From NCBI GenBank assembly GCA_964599625.1, contig CAZRGC010000001.1, positions 1-49,018 of the forward strand: DNA of 49,018 nucleotides, written 5' to 3'. Below are positions 9,147-18,123 of the stretch, piece by piece; the first letter of the stretch is position 1, and every line of letters starts with the position of its first letter. The translations under genes were made by a program, and so were the position numbers. Under the pieces are notes generated by a model that saw only the letters and a list, made by a program, of their open reading frames with translations, ran no database searches and was not told where the DNA came from. This stretch comes from an uncultured Gammaproteobacteria bacterium (lineage in GTDB: Bacteria; Patescibacteriota; Microgenomatia; UBA8517).

Positions 9147-9771
9147 TGCCTTTCATTCCCGGAAGCAGATTGTCTTTTTTGTCCATTAACACTTTGACTA
9201 TAAATTTCTTGCCGTCAGCATAAACTTTTTTGGTTTTCCCCGCGTAGTCACCCAATTCTTCAAAATTTATTGAAATTTCTTTTTCTTCTGCAAACTCCTT
9301 AACATCTTTTTGTTCCACTTCAAATTCAAAGTAAAGTGATTCAACATCAAATATCTTTAATGGAGAGTTGGAAGGAGTTATAAATAGACCGGATACAATT
9401 CCTCCGTCGTCGATTACGACTCCGTCTACAGGGGAGACCAAATCGCACATATCAAGACGCATTTTGGAAAGTTCCACTTCTTTTACCGAAGCATTGAGGT
9501 CTGCCTGTTTTCCGACTTTGAGATATTTATCCAAATCACTTTGTGGATTGGGATTTTTTTGATTAAAAACTTCAAAGTCCGCACGGGTTTTTTCAAAATC
9601 GGCAAGTTGCCTATCCAGTTCTGCCTGGAGAACTTTCCTGTCTAGGGAGGCCAACAAATCCCATTTCTTTACCACATCCCCATTTTGCACTTTTACAGCG
9701 GAGACTTTTCCCGATAGGCCAAACCGCACGTCTACAAACTTCCCTTTGACCTCGCCGGCAAAAGTACCCAT
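9133..9771 (-). CDS. HlyD/membrane-fusion-protein-like adaptor fragment (no N-terminal anchor)
   Basis: Lipoyl-like hairpin halves: GKVSAVKVQNGDVVKKWDLLASLD ... coiled coil ... LVSPVDGVVID. Confidence 0.45.
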   Translation of the reverse strand: MGTFAGEVKGKFVDVRFGLSGKVSAVKVQNGDVVKKWDLLASLDRKVLQAELDRQLADFEKTRADFEVFNQKNPNPQSDLDKYLKVGKQADLNASVKEVELSKMRLDMCDLVSPVDGVVIDDGGIVSGLFITPSNSPLKIFDVESLYFEFEVEQKDVKEFAEEKEISINFEELGDYAGKTKKVYADGKKFIVKVLMDKKDNLLPGMKGNAKV

Positions 9772-9847
9772 ATACTATTTGTAGTACTTCCAAAAAGCAA
9801 AAGCAATTTTTGCTAAATATTACAAGCGTTTATGTTAAATTAATCTG

Positions 9848-10090
9848 ATGGTTACCAAAAAACAAAAAATTAGAAATTCGGGGTGGTTGACTCTTTATTT
9901 GCTGATAATGGTGCCCCTCTATTGGCTCAATGGTACCAAATGGTTTAGTGGTTTAATGGCAATTGCCGCAATATTTTCCTTATACGATTTTTTGCGTATG
10001 CAGGGCATAAACCGAAAAACAAAATTCAAAATAGTTTGGGATAAAACCCCTCCCAAGTTTTTGCAAAAATTTCCTTTTAACCTAAAATAA
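9848..10090 (+). CDS. small membrane protein (2 TM)
   Basis: 80-aa ORF with two hydrophobic segments. Confidence 0.4.
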   Translation: MVTKKQKIRNSGWLTLYLLIMVPLYWLNGTKWFSGLMAIAAIFSLYDFLRMQGINRKTKFKIVWDKTPPKFLQKFPFNLK

Positions 10091-10093
10091 ACC

Positions 10094-10585
10094 ATGGAAT
10101 ATTCAAGTCACTACTCCAGCGAAGAACAGTATCGCGACTGGTGTGACAGACAACACAAACTTACACACAAATACGAAAGTAAGATGGTTGAAGCAATGGG
10201 GGTGAAAGGCGACTCTGTTGCGGAAGCATTGGTGGATTATTTGCCCGAAGATCTTTCAAATCAATTGCTGGAAGGGGTCGGTTTGGCGGTTTTTGTTTAC
10301 GACCAGGAAGAAGTCCTAAATCATGGAGAAGTTGTTTATAAAGACCAAAATCTGACCATAACCAAACAATTTTATGCTCCTCCCGAAGATCCCACAGACA
10401 ACCTCATCCGGGATTTACTGAATGACATTTTTGAGACAGAGGATGTTGCCAGCCCCGAACTCACTTCTCGTTCGGGAGAAACCGTTGTGGATGTTTTGCC
10501 TCCGGAAAAAGAAAAAGAACCGAAAATCGAGGGAACAATTTACAACGTTTGGGTGAGGGTGGATTTGGAAGAAGCGGATAAATAA
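10094..10585 (+). CDS. hypothetical acidic protein
   Basis: The ORF starts 3 nt after the preceding stop codon. Confidence 0.45.
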   Translation: MEYSSHYSSEEQYRDWCDRQHKLTHKYESKMVEAMGVKGDSVAEALVDYLPEDLSNQLLEGVGLAVFVYDQEEVLNHGEVVYKDQNLTITKQFYAPPEDPTDNLIRDLLNDIFETEDVASPELTSRSGETVVDVLPPEKEKEPKIEGTIYNVWVRVDLEEADK

Positions 10586-11422
10586 TCAGTTTGAAAAAAC
10601 AATCCTGTTTCCCCAAGGGTCTTCTGTTTCCACACCGTTTTCCGTTTCTTTGAACTCTTCTTTTGTACCTGTCAGCCTTTCTTTCAAGCTTTCCAAATCG
10701 CCTTTCTTGGACAGAATTATTTGCAGTTTATTAAGCCCCAAACTTTCTGTTCTTGCTGGTGCACCTTCACTTTGCCAGGAGTTAAGTCCAAAGTGGTGAT
10801 GATATCCGCCGACACTTACAAATAATGCACCAGGCAGCTCCGCTGTCACATCAAATCCCAAAACGTCTACATAGAATTCCTTTGCTTTTTTGATATCTCC
10901 AACTTTCAGATGAAAATGTCCCATTTTTACCTCCGTATTTTTTTCTTCCAGGGCGATGTATTTTTTAAGGTATTCGTTTGGTTCAATAAAAATCGATGCC
11001 ATTTTGATTTGGCCATTTTCTTTTTTCCATAGACTTTTGTCCCTGTCGTAGTAAAGCTCTATCCCGTTTCCTTCCGGATCTTGGAAATAAAAAGCTTCGG
11101 AAACCAGATGGTCCGCAGTACCCTGGAAATGCTGTGGTGTTTTTGTGGCAACCTTGTGGATCATTCGGGAAAGATCCCCGCGAGAAGAAAACAAAATTGC
11201 AAAGTGATAAAGACCTGCGTGATTTTCCTCGGCCTTTTCCAGATGGGGACTGTGGTGCAAGGTGATTAGAGGGTTTTTGTAAAGGCCAAGTGTTACAGAA
11301 TTTTTTTCTTCCTGGAGAATATCCAGCTCCATTATTTTGTGATAGAAATCTTTTTCCAAACGAAGATCAAAAACATTTAATTCAATAGTTCCAAGTTTAA
11401 TGTTTTTGGTTAAAGTTCCCAT
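10586..11422 (-). CDS. VOC/glyoxalase-family protein, two-domain (extradiol dioxygenase-like)
   Basis: Two tandem glyoxalase-type modules (..HAGLYHFAILF.., ..HLVSEAFYFQDPEGNGIELYYDR.., ..MGHFHLKVGDIKKAKEFYVDVLGF..). Confidence 0.75.
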   Translation of the reverse strand: MGTLTKNIKLGTIELNVFDLRLEKDFYHKIMELDILQEEKNSVTLGLYKNPLITLHHSPHLEKAEENHAGLYHFAILFSSRGDLSRMIHKVATKTPQHFQGTADHLVSEAFYFQDPEGNGIELYYDRDKSLWKKENGQIKMASIFIEPNEYLKKYIALEEKNTEVKMGHFHLKVGDIKKAKEFYVDVLGFDVTAELPGALFVSVGGYHHHFGLNSWQSEGAPARTESLGLNKLQIILSKKGDLESLKERLTGTKEEFKETENGVETEDPWGNRIVFSN

Positions 11423-11427
11423 ATTTA

Positions 11428-11454
11428 ATTATATCCTTTAAAAAAGTGTAGAAT
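11428..11454. promoter_or_regulatory. back-to-back divergent -10 boxes in a 38-nt intergenic region
   Basis: Minus-strand TATAAT (11428-33) lies 5 nt from ATG 11422. Plus-strand TAGAAT (11449-54) lies 6 nt from ATG 11461. Confidence 0.4.
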
Positions 11455-11460
11455 AGACTT

Positions 11461-11700
11461 ATGAAGTTGATGTCTATTCTGGGGGCTTTGATAATATTTG
11501 TGCTTGGATTTTTTGCGGGCATAAAATACATGACCAACAAGGTGAATTTTAATAATATTAATATTATTCCTGTTGGGTGTACTTACGAGGGTACAAACTA
11601 CAAAAACGGCGAAGGATTCAAAGACAAAGACGGGTGCAACTCCTGTTCTTGCCAAAACGGCCAGATAGCCTGCACCGAAATGGCATGCCTCCCTGATTAA
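11461..11700 (+). CDS. small membrane-anchored/secreted cysteine-rich protein, VWC-like cysteine pattern
   Basis: N-terminal TM or signal sequence, then CTYEGTNYKNGEGFKDKDGCNSCSCQNGQIACTEMAC. The stop TAA is immediately followed by the ATG of the next gene. Confidence 0.55.
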   Translation: MKLMSILGALIIFVLGFFAGIKYMTNKVNFNNINIIPVGCTYEGTNYKNGEGFKDKDGCNSCSCQNGQIACTEMACLPD

Positions 11701-12357
11701 ATGAAACTTCTTCTTACATCTGCCGGTCTTACTAATGACGCTATCAAAAAAGCGCTTACCGATTTGGCGGGGAAAAACTTCCCGGATCTTAATCTTCTTT
11801 TTGTTCCAACAGCCGCCGAGGTGGAAAAAGGCGACAAGAAGTGGATGGTTGATGACCTTAATAACTGTGTGAATGCCGGGTTTGGCTTTGTGGACATTCT
11901 TGATTTTACAGCAGTCCCCAAAGACGTTTGGTTGCCGCGGTTTGAAAGAGCGGATGTAATCCTTTTTGGCGGTGGCAACACCTTTCACCTTATTTATTCC
12001 ATGCAAAAACACGGGCTGGACAAAGAACTTCCCAAGCTTTTGGAATCAAGGGTCTATGTGGGAATAAGTGCGGGGTGTATGGTGACTGCCAAAAATATAA
12101 ATCTTAGCGATTCGCCGCTTTTTTATTCGGAGGAGATTGGAGAACTGCCGGTTAGGGGAGGGTTGGGATTCGTGGACTTTCAGATGCGGCCACATTTTAA
12201 CTCCCCACATTTTCCCAAACTCACTGAGGGAAACTTGAGAGAGAGGGTAAAAGACATTGGGGACACTGTTTACGCCATTGACGATAATACGGCAATAAAA
12301 GTTGAAGACGGAAAAATAGAGGTGATCTCCCAGGGCAAATGGGTCAAATTCAACTGA
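11701..12357 (+). CDS. peptidase S51 (dipeptidase E-like)
   Basis: MKLLLTSAG.., LFVPTAA.., ILFGGGNTFHL.., VYVGISAGCMV (Ser nucleophile context). Confidence 0.8.
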   Translation: MKLLLTSAGLTNDAIKKALTDLAGKNFPDLNLLFVPTAAEVEKGDKKWMVDDLNNCVNAGFGFVDILDFTAVPKDVWLPRFERADVILFGGGNTFHLIYSMQKHGLDKELPKLLESRVYVGISAGCMVTAKNINLSDSPLFYSEEIGELPVRGGLGFVDFQMRPHFNSPHFPKLTEGNLRERVKDIGDTVYAIDDNTAIKVEDGKIEVISQGKWVKFN

Positions 12358-12364
12358 ACCCTGT

Positions 12365-12393
12365 TTGACTATAGGTTAATATAAGTCTAAAAT
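12365..12393 (+). promoter_or_regulatory. sigma70-type promoter TTGACT-17 nt-TAAAAT, 7 nt upstream of ATG 12401
   Basis: Hexamers at 12365-70 and 12388-93. Confidence 0.55.
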
Positions 12394-12400
12394 ACACACC

Positions 12401-13495
12401 ATGTCAATTGAAGCCGGCCTTAAATATTTTGATTCCGTTCCTGGAACTGCCCCCAAGTTTAGCCTGGAAACAGTTCACCCACTGCTTTTGGAGGGAGTCG
12501 ATGTTGCCCGAAGGCTTTTGCCTTTAGCACCCCAAGAAGCCAAATATTTGGAAGACACAGTGAAAGGCAGGATAGATAAAACCACACTTTCCAGAATAAA
12601 TGCTGCTGTATCTGAAGCCAAAACAAAAGTGGATGAAAAGCTGGAGACTGTAGCCATGAGTGTCCCTGATTACTTTTCTGCTTACAGTGCATTCCACAAA
12701 CCAGGCGGGGACGTCTTGGTGAACCAAATGGTGGAGGCCACAGAAAGAAAGTTAAATCTTTCTTCTGTTGTTTCTACTCTTGCAACACAAACCGAAGAAG
12801 AGGTGGGCAAAAAGCATGCGGGAATCATTAACAAAATTCTTTCCAGGGTTCGTTCTACACGTCCAAAAGATCAAAGACTTGTTATTGTTTCCGGGCCCTT
12901 TGCCGCTGGGAAATCGGAAACAGTTCACTCAAGATTTGATTTGGGAAATGTTTTGGAAATAGATTTGGACATACTCCGCGGAATGCTTATGGAGGGATAT
13001 GACCAGTCGAGTCAGGAAGATATTCAAAGAGTGAGGGGTGAAAGCTGGGTTCTTAGTGATTTGCTTCTTAGGCGTGCTTTGGAAAGCGGCAGGTCGGTTC
13101 TTATCCAGTCTGCGCTCCACAGGGATCGTTGGCTGACAGATGCCAATTTGAATTTTGCACAAAGCAAAGGAATAGGGATGGACATATACATGGTTTTGCG
13201 TCCGGTATCCGACTGTTTGGTAAGAAACGTTAAAAGAAGCGGAAGAACTGTAAGTTTTAAGGACCTTACTCAAAGCATTGGAGGAATGAAAATGCTGCCC
13301 AAAATTATAGAAAAATACGACAATACTCAAAAAGTTGTTCTTTTGGATTATTACCCGTTGGTGCAGGAGGGCGCAGGGATGATTTGTGAGTTTGGCAACG
13401 AGGATTATGTAAACCTCTTAGACTACGCCAAGCGCAAACAAAACAACTGGCATGTTCAAAGGCAAAGTGTGGATATTCACATTGAATCCCAGTAG
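12401..13495 (+). CDS. P-loop kinase, zeta-toxin-like domain with a 160-aa N-terminal extension
   Basis: Walker A motif SGPFAAGKSE, followed by IDLDILR and a RxxxE-type region resembling the zeta toxin/AAA_33 fold. Confidence 0.45.
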   Translation: MSIEAGLKYFDSVPGTAPKFSLETVHPLLLEGVDVARRLLPLAPQEAKYLEDTVKGRIDKTTLSRINAAVSEAKTKVDEKLETVAMSVPDYFSAYSAFHKPGGDVLVNQMVEATERKLNLSSVVSTLATQTEEEVGKKHAGIINKILSRVRSTRPKDQRLVIVSGPFAAGKSETVHSRFDLGNVLEIDLDILRGMLMEGYDQSSQEDIQRVRGESWVLSDLLLRRALESGRSVLIQSALHRDRWLTDANLNFAQSKGIGMDIYMVLRPVSDCLVRNVKRSGRTVSFKDLTQSIGGMKMLPKIIEKYDNTQKVVLLDYYPLVQEGAGMICEFGNEDYVNLLDYAKRKQNNWHVQRQSVDIHIESQ

Positions 13496-13825
13496 TTAAG
13501 TTTCGGGGTTGGGTAGCGGAAAGAAGTCGTCCCAAAAACCGATGACTCTGTTTATTTGTTCAAGTGTAGGATTTTCTTCCAACACGTCGCCCTCCACGAT
13601 TCTCACTTTTATTTCTTCGTCCGGAAGTCTTTTTAGGCGACCAAATGGTCTGTGGGTTCCAATCGGTGGCGGCGCCATTTCCTGAAAATTTTGCATCATA
13701 AATATTCCGTCAGGATTTTCGTTGTCCTCCACAAGAGTTGCCATAACCAACTGCCCCTTGGCGTTTATGTAGTATCTTGCAGCAACTTCCCTCGGTTCGT
13801 TTTCGTTCTTTCTTTCCGCTTTCAT
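13496..13825 (-). CDS. hypothetical protein
   Basis: 109-aa ORF. TGGTAAACT (13833-13841, minus strand) lies 7 nt upstream of the ATG. Confidence 0.45.
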   Translation of the reverse strand: MKAERKNENEPREVAARYYINAKGQLVMATLVEDNENPDGIFMMQNFQEMAPPPIGTHRPFGRLKRLPDEEIKVRIVEGDVLEENPTLEQINRVIGFWDDFFPLPNPET

Positions 13826-13872
13826 ATTTGGGAGTTTACCACCAAAAACTTTGTATTTCTATGTTTATTGTT

Positions 13873-14265
13873 CTACTTTTTAATAAAGTCTAAATAAATA
13901 CCTAATGCCAACCCCACAAAGGAGGCGGCGAAAATAAATATGGAGTTCCATTTTTCTTTGGAAGATTTTAAAGTTTCGAAAATATATTCCACTGCCTCTT
14001 TATCTTTATCACTTAGGTTTTTGGCATCATAAATCTTTTGCTCCAATCCGTACTCTTTGATTATTTTGGCGCGCTTTTCGGAGATCTGGTATCTGTGTAT
14101 AAAATAGACAATAAATCCAATGGTTCCAATGTACCAAAAGGTTTGGGCCCAGAAGTGGCTGTAGTTATTAACTACAACTATGGCCCGGTAACAAAAAGTG
14201 GCGATTATTCCCGCCCAAAAATAAAAGAGCCTTAAATATTTGTTGGAGAGTTGAGGCTTTTCCAT
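13873..14265 (-). CDS. hypothetical membrane protein
   Basis: Three to four hydrophobic segments. TATTAT (14272-14277, minus strand) lies 6 nt upstream of the ATG. Confidence 0.45.
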   Translation of the reverse strand: MEKPQLSNKYLRLFYFWAGIIATFCYRAIVVVNNYSHFWAQTFWYIGTIGFIVYFIHRYQISEKRAKIIKEYGLEQKIYDAKNLSDKDKEAVEYIFETLKSSKEKWNSIFIFAASFVGLALGIYLDFIKK

Positions 14266-14308
14266 TATTTAATAATAGTACGGAAGCCTTGTGGTGTAAA
14301 ATGTGTCC

Positions 14309-15031
14309 ATGAATAGTGGTCTTTCGGCCAAAAGCTTGATTTCCGACCTCAAAAAGTCAGCCAGTGAAAAGCGTAAAAAAGCCTCCATGTGGTTTTTTAA
14401 GACGGGTAAAGGTGAATATGGGGAGGGCGACGAATTTATAGGTGTTTCTGTTCCCGACCAGCGCAAAGTCGCAAAAAAATATAAAAACCTAGAGCTACCT
14501 GAGCTGAAAAAGCTATTAGGAAGTAAGATCCACGAGCACAGGCTCACAGCACTTTTTATTCTGTCCGACCTTGTTCGGGTCAAAAAACCTAAAAATTTGG
14601 AGATGATAAAAGATTTTTATCTAAAAAATCTTAAAGCGGTAAACAACTGGGACCTTGTGGACTCATCCGCTCCGTACATTCTGGGACAATATTTAGTGGA
14701 CAAGCCTCGCGATATTCTTTACAAATTGGCGTCGTCAAAAGACTTGTGGGAAAAGCGCGTATCGGTTATTTCCACTGCCTGGCTTATAAAACTCGGGCAA
14801 TTCGACGACACAATCAGAATTTCTGAAATGCTTATAACCGATCAAAACGATTTAATTCAAAAAGCTGTGGGGTGGATGCTTAGGGAAATTGGCAAAAAGT
14901 CACGCAATACCGAAGAAAAGTTTTTGGATAAATATGCGGGTGTTATGCCCAGGACAATGTTAAGATACGCTATAGAAAAATTCCCCAAAAATCTTAGGGA
15001 AAAGTACATGAATTATGGAAAGAAAAACTAA
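14309..15031 (+). CDS. DNA alkylation repair protein (AlkD/AlkC-like HEAT-repeat family)
   Basis: KKASMWFFKTGKGEYGEGDEFIGVSVPDQRKVAKKY...HEHRLTALFIL is typical of this family. The ORF opens with a GTG at 14303. The ATG at 14309 lies 6 nt after TAAAAT (14297-14302). Confidence 0.8.
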   Translation: MNSGLSAKSLISDLKKSASEKRKKASMWFFKTGKGEYGEGDEFIGVSVPDQRKVAKKYKNLELPELKKLLGSKIHEHRLTALFILSDLVRVKKPKNLEMIKDFYLKNLKAVNNWDLVDSSAPYILGQYLVDKPRDILYKLASSKDLWEKRVSVISTAWLIKLGQFDDTIRISEMLITDQNDLIQKAVGWMLREIGKKSRNTEEKFLDKYAGVMPRTMLRYAIEKFPKNLREKYMNYGKKN

Positions 15032-15287
15032 AAGCGTAAAAGGAAAGGGTTGGAAGAAAGCAATGAATATAAGTGCGGATAAATATGACATTGTTTCCAA
15101 GGCAATTTTAAAAGTTGTTTCAAAAGATCCTGTGAGATTTACGGAACTTGTGGAAAAGGCGGAAAAAACGGTCAAAAATTTTCAGGGATCTTTTGGTTGG
15201 TACTCGGTTTCTGTTCTCAGACAACTTGAAAGAGAAGGAAAGATAATAAGGGATGTGGGAAAAGTTGTGACATATAGAAAAAAGTGA
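15015..15287 (+). CDS. small hypothetical protein
   Basis: 90-aa ORF overlapping the preceding gene by 17 nt. An alternative ATG lies at 15063. Confidence 0.4.
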   Translation: MERKTKSVKGKGWKKAMNISADKYDIVSKAILKVVSKDPVRFTELVEKAEKTVKNFQGSFGWYSVSVLRQLEREGKIIRDVGKVVTYRKK

Positions 15288-15288
15288 C

Positions 15289-16287
15289 ATGGATAAAGAT
15301 ATACCCGAATCACTAAGAAGATATGCAGATTTGCAAAAACAGGTATATGACTTTGGTCCAAAGTTTGTAAAAGAAAAATTTAATGATCCTAAAAAATCTT
15401 GGGAGAATGGATTTTCAAACCCTAGGAATCATAATGAAAAAAGTTTTCGTTACAATGTTTATGCGTTTCAAGGCGGCTTTGGTGAAACTATGCAGACTAT
15501 GTTTGTTTTGAATCATGCAATTGACACCGGTCGATATCCCTTTGAAAAAGACATCGACCTTAGGAAACAACCCTTTAGAGTTGGCGAGATTTCTTTACTT
15601 TCTACAAGTGTTATAGACGATCAAAAAAGGAGGACGTTTGGACACGCGGGACTTATTTTGTCCTCGCCATTTGAAAATGTTTTGGATATGAGCCCAACCG
15701 ACGTTGGTACGAATTTTGCTAAACCAGAACAGGCAGAAAAAAAATCCAATGGTTTAAAATTCACACTAGATGAACTTACAGAAAAAACTTCCGCGCGTGA
15801 ACACAATGAAGTCAGAATTAAAGGTAAAACTGAGTCTGGAGAAATAAAAGTTATTGGTTTTTGGTACAAAGCTGATCACAACGGCGAGCCCTTGGACGAA
15901 ACTCTCTACGAAGAAATGCGCAAATTCTCCATATTGCACGGACTGCCGCTGGTTGCAATCCGTGAACCCAGAAGTGAACCACATGAGGATCACAAAGCAG
16001 AAATCAACTACATGTTGGAACATGACAGGCCGGGCAAGGATTATAAACTTGTTAATGTTCCGTTTGGAGTTGGGGTAAATAGGGGTGGTTATAGATATTT
16101 TTATGATTTCAAAAATAGGTTAATACTGAAAATGGACAGAGATAGAAAACGGCTTCCTGTCTCAAAAGATGATTATCAATTTTTCAAAAATAAACTTCTG
16201 GAAGAACTTTCAGAAGCTGATAAAGAAGTGATATCGTCGCATCTTTCACAAATGGATGAGGTGTACAACGAAAGTCGGAGGAAATAA
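15289..16287 (+). CDS. hypothetical protein
   Basis: 332-aa ORF that starts 1 nt after the preceding stop codon. Confidence 0.5.
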   Translation: MDKDIPESLRRYADLQKQVYDFGPKFVKEKFNDPKKSWENGFSNPRNHNEKSFRYNVYAFQGGFGETMQTMFVLNHAIDTGRYPFEKDIDLRKQPFRVGEISLLSTSVIDDQKRRTFGHAGLILSSPFENVLDMSPTDVGTNFAKPEQAEKKSNGLKFTLDELTEKTSAREHNEVRIKGKTESGEIKVIGFWYKADHNGEPLDETLYEEMRKFSILHGLPLVAIREPRSEPHEDHKAEINYMLEHDRPGKDYKLVNVPFGVGVNRGGYRYFYDFKNRLILKMDRDRKRLPVSKDDYQFFKNKLLEELSEADKEVISSHLSQMDEVYNESRRK

Positions 16288-16324
16288 TTCGCAATCTAGA
16301 CTGTTTGCAAGATTATCTATTATC

Positions 16325-16900
16325 CTACCCCAAATATATACCTTTGTAAGTAACGGCTTTTTTCAGAAATTCAGCATTCACTAGTTTGTAGTCTACGGGT
16401 TCTTCGGAAGGTTTTTCGACAGTTCCATATTTTATAAATAGAGCCAACTGATATCCAGGGAACACTCTAAATGCACCCCCGACTTTGGGAGAAGTGATTC
16501 CCCGATTTTCAAATCTCACAATTTTCCCGTTTGTGTCCAGAATCACACCTTTTGTGGATAATATATCCACCCAGTCGCCCAGATCTTCTGCCAAAAAAGC
16601 CGGCAACGGCAGGTCCTTTTTCTCCGTCACAGTTTGGGGTGCAATTTCCCTGAATTTTTTTAATGTGAATCCCCGAAACTCCAGTTCTTCGCCGAGTGAC
16701 CTTCTCTGGTCTTTGTATTTATAGATTTGACCAAAAGGGTAACCAAACTCCATAATTCCATCGCTTCCGAATCTTTGCAACCTGCTTTGATACTGAAGCC
16801 ACAAATCCCTATATTTGCTTATGTTTCTTTTTACAAATTCATTCAAAAAATCAATAGTGTCGGGGTTTAGTGCTTCATCTTGCGACAATCTCTCTGTCAT
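16325..16900 (-). CDS. hypothetical protein
   Basis: ORF 16325..17089. I prefer the internal ATG at 16900 (MTERLSQ..) because TATAAT (16908-16913, minus strand) lies exactly 7 nt upstream. The longer form would also overlap the divergent CNNM gene. Confidence 0.5.
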   Translation of the reverse strand: MTERLSQDEALNPDTIDFLNEFVKRNISKYRDLWLQYQSRLQRFGSDGIMEFGYPFGQIYKYKDQRRSLGEELEFRGFTLKKFREIAPQTVTEKKDLPLPAFLAEDLGDWVDILSTKGVILDTNGKIVRFENRGITSPKVGGAFRVFPGYQLALFIKYGTVEKPSEEPVDYKLVNAEFLKKAVTYKGIYLG

Positions 16901-16989
16901 GATCGGGATTATATAGTCATGCGGGTGCGTAATGCCAGAGCCTGTGTGGAATAATTTGGGACACGGGAATTGGATTTGTCGAAGCCGGA

Positions 16990-18123
16990 ATGTTAAAATT
17001 TGGCTTCGATTTGGAAATTTTTTATCAAATATTGATTGTTTTGGGACTCGTTTTTTTAAACGGATATTTTGTTGCGTCTGAATTTGCATTGGTTTCTGTC
17101 AGAAAGACACGAATAGACGAGTTGGTTAAAAAGGGCAGTAGAGCAGCAAAACATGTTCAAGATTCCATAAAGGATTTGGATACATTTATTTCAGCCACAC
17201 AGTTGGGGATCACCTTGGCATCACTTGCATTGGGTTGGGTGGGCGAACCTGCCTTGGGGCATTATCTGGAGAATGTATTTGAGGGAAAGATACCGCCTAA
17301 CATATTGTCGGTTACTTCAAACGGGCTTGCAATTTTTATTGCGTTTACAACAATTACCATTTTGCATATTGTTCTCGGTGAGCTGGTACCAAAGACAATT
17401 GCTTTGCAAAAATCGGAGGGAGTTGCACTTTATATCATCCGCCCTTTAAAGTTTTTTACCGGTGTGTTCAGTCCGTTCATATGGATTCTTAACGGATCGG
17501 GTAATCTTGTGTTAAGGTTGGCTGGGTTCAAAGGCCCCTCCGGTCATCAACTGGTTCATTCTGAAGAAGAAATAAAAATGATTTTGTCGCAAAGCGCCCA
17601 GGGAGGAGCGATTGAAGAAAAGGAGGCGGAGATGGTTTATAGTGTGCTGCGATTTGGAGATATTCCTGTAAAGCAAATAATGGTACCCCGTATAAAAGTG
17701 GTTGCTTTTGACATAGAAACTCCATTGGAAACAGTGTTCAAAGTAACATCTAAAAAAATGCACAGCAGATACCCTGTGTACAAAGGATCACTTGATTTTG
17801 TATTGGGTTTTATTCATGTTAAGGATTTATATAGATACTTTTTCAATAGCAGGTCCAAACGCAACAAATCAATAACAGTTAGCAAGTCTTGGGCTATTAG
17901 CGACATGGATGTGCTTAGGATAACTCCGCATGTTTCGGAAGACATGAGGATTGACGATGTCTTGGTTATTATGCAAAGTAAAAGAGTGCATTTGGCAGTG
18001 GTAGATGATGACAACGGCGGAACTGCCGGGATTGTGACTTTGGAGGATATTGTTGAAAAACTCACGGGTGAAATACATGACGAATTTGAGACGTTGATCA
18101 AAATAGCCAAAAATAAAAAGTGA
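16990..18123 (+). CDS. CNNM/DUF21 + tandem CBS domain protein (TlyC/CorC-type hemolysin-family metal efflux protein)
   Basis: The N-terminal DUF21 TM domain (LVFLNGYFVASEFALVSVRKTRIDEL) is followed by a CBS pair. No C-terminal CorC_HlyC domain is apparent. Confidence 0.8.
   Translation: MLKFGFDLEIFYQILIVLGLVFLNGYFVASEFALVSVRKTRIDELVKKGSRAAKHVQDSIKDLDTFISATQLGITLASLALGWVGEPALGHYLENVFEGKIPPNILSVTSNGLAIFIAFTTITILHIVLGELVPKTIALQKSEGVALYIIRPLKFFTGVFSPFIWILNGSGNLVLRLAGFKGPSGHQLVHSEEEIKMILSQSAQGGAIEEKEAEMVYSVLRFGDIPVKQIMVPRIKVVAFDIETPLETVFKVTSKKMHSRYPVYKGSLDFVLGFIHVKDLYRYFFNSRSKRNKSITVSKSWAISDMDVLRITPHVSEDMRIDDVLVIMQSKRVHLAVVDDDNGGTAGIVTLEDIVEKLTGEIHDEFETLIKIAKNKK

Noticed and set aside
16040-16393. 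Shared hexapeptide DYKLVN in the convergent hypothetical genes 15289-16287 and 16325-16900, as evidence of paralogy.
   Set aside because: Only six residues match, they use different codons, and I could see no extended alignment around them. This is too weak to call without a profile comparison.
16901-17089. 63-codon N-terminal extension of ORF 16325..17089.
   Set aside because: It would overlap the divergent CNNM gene start (16990), it is basic and low-complexity, and a consensus TATAAT lies 7 nt upstream of the internal ATG at 16900.
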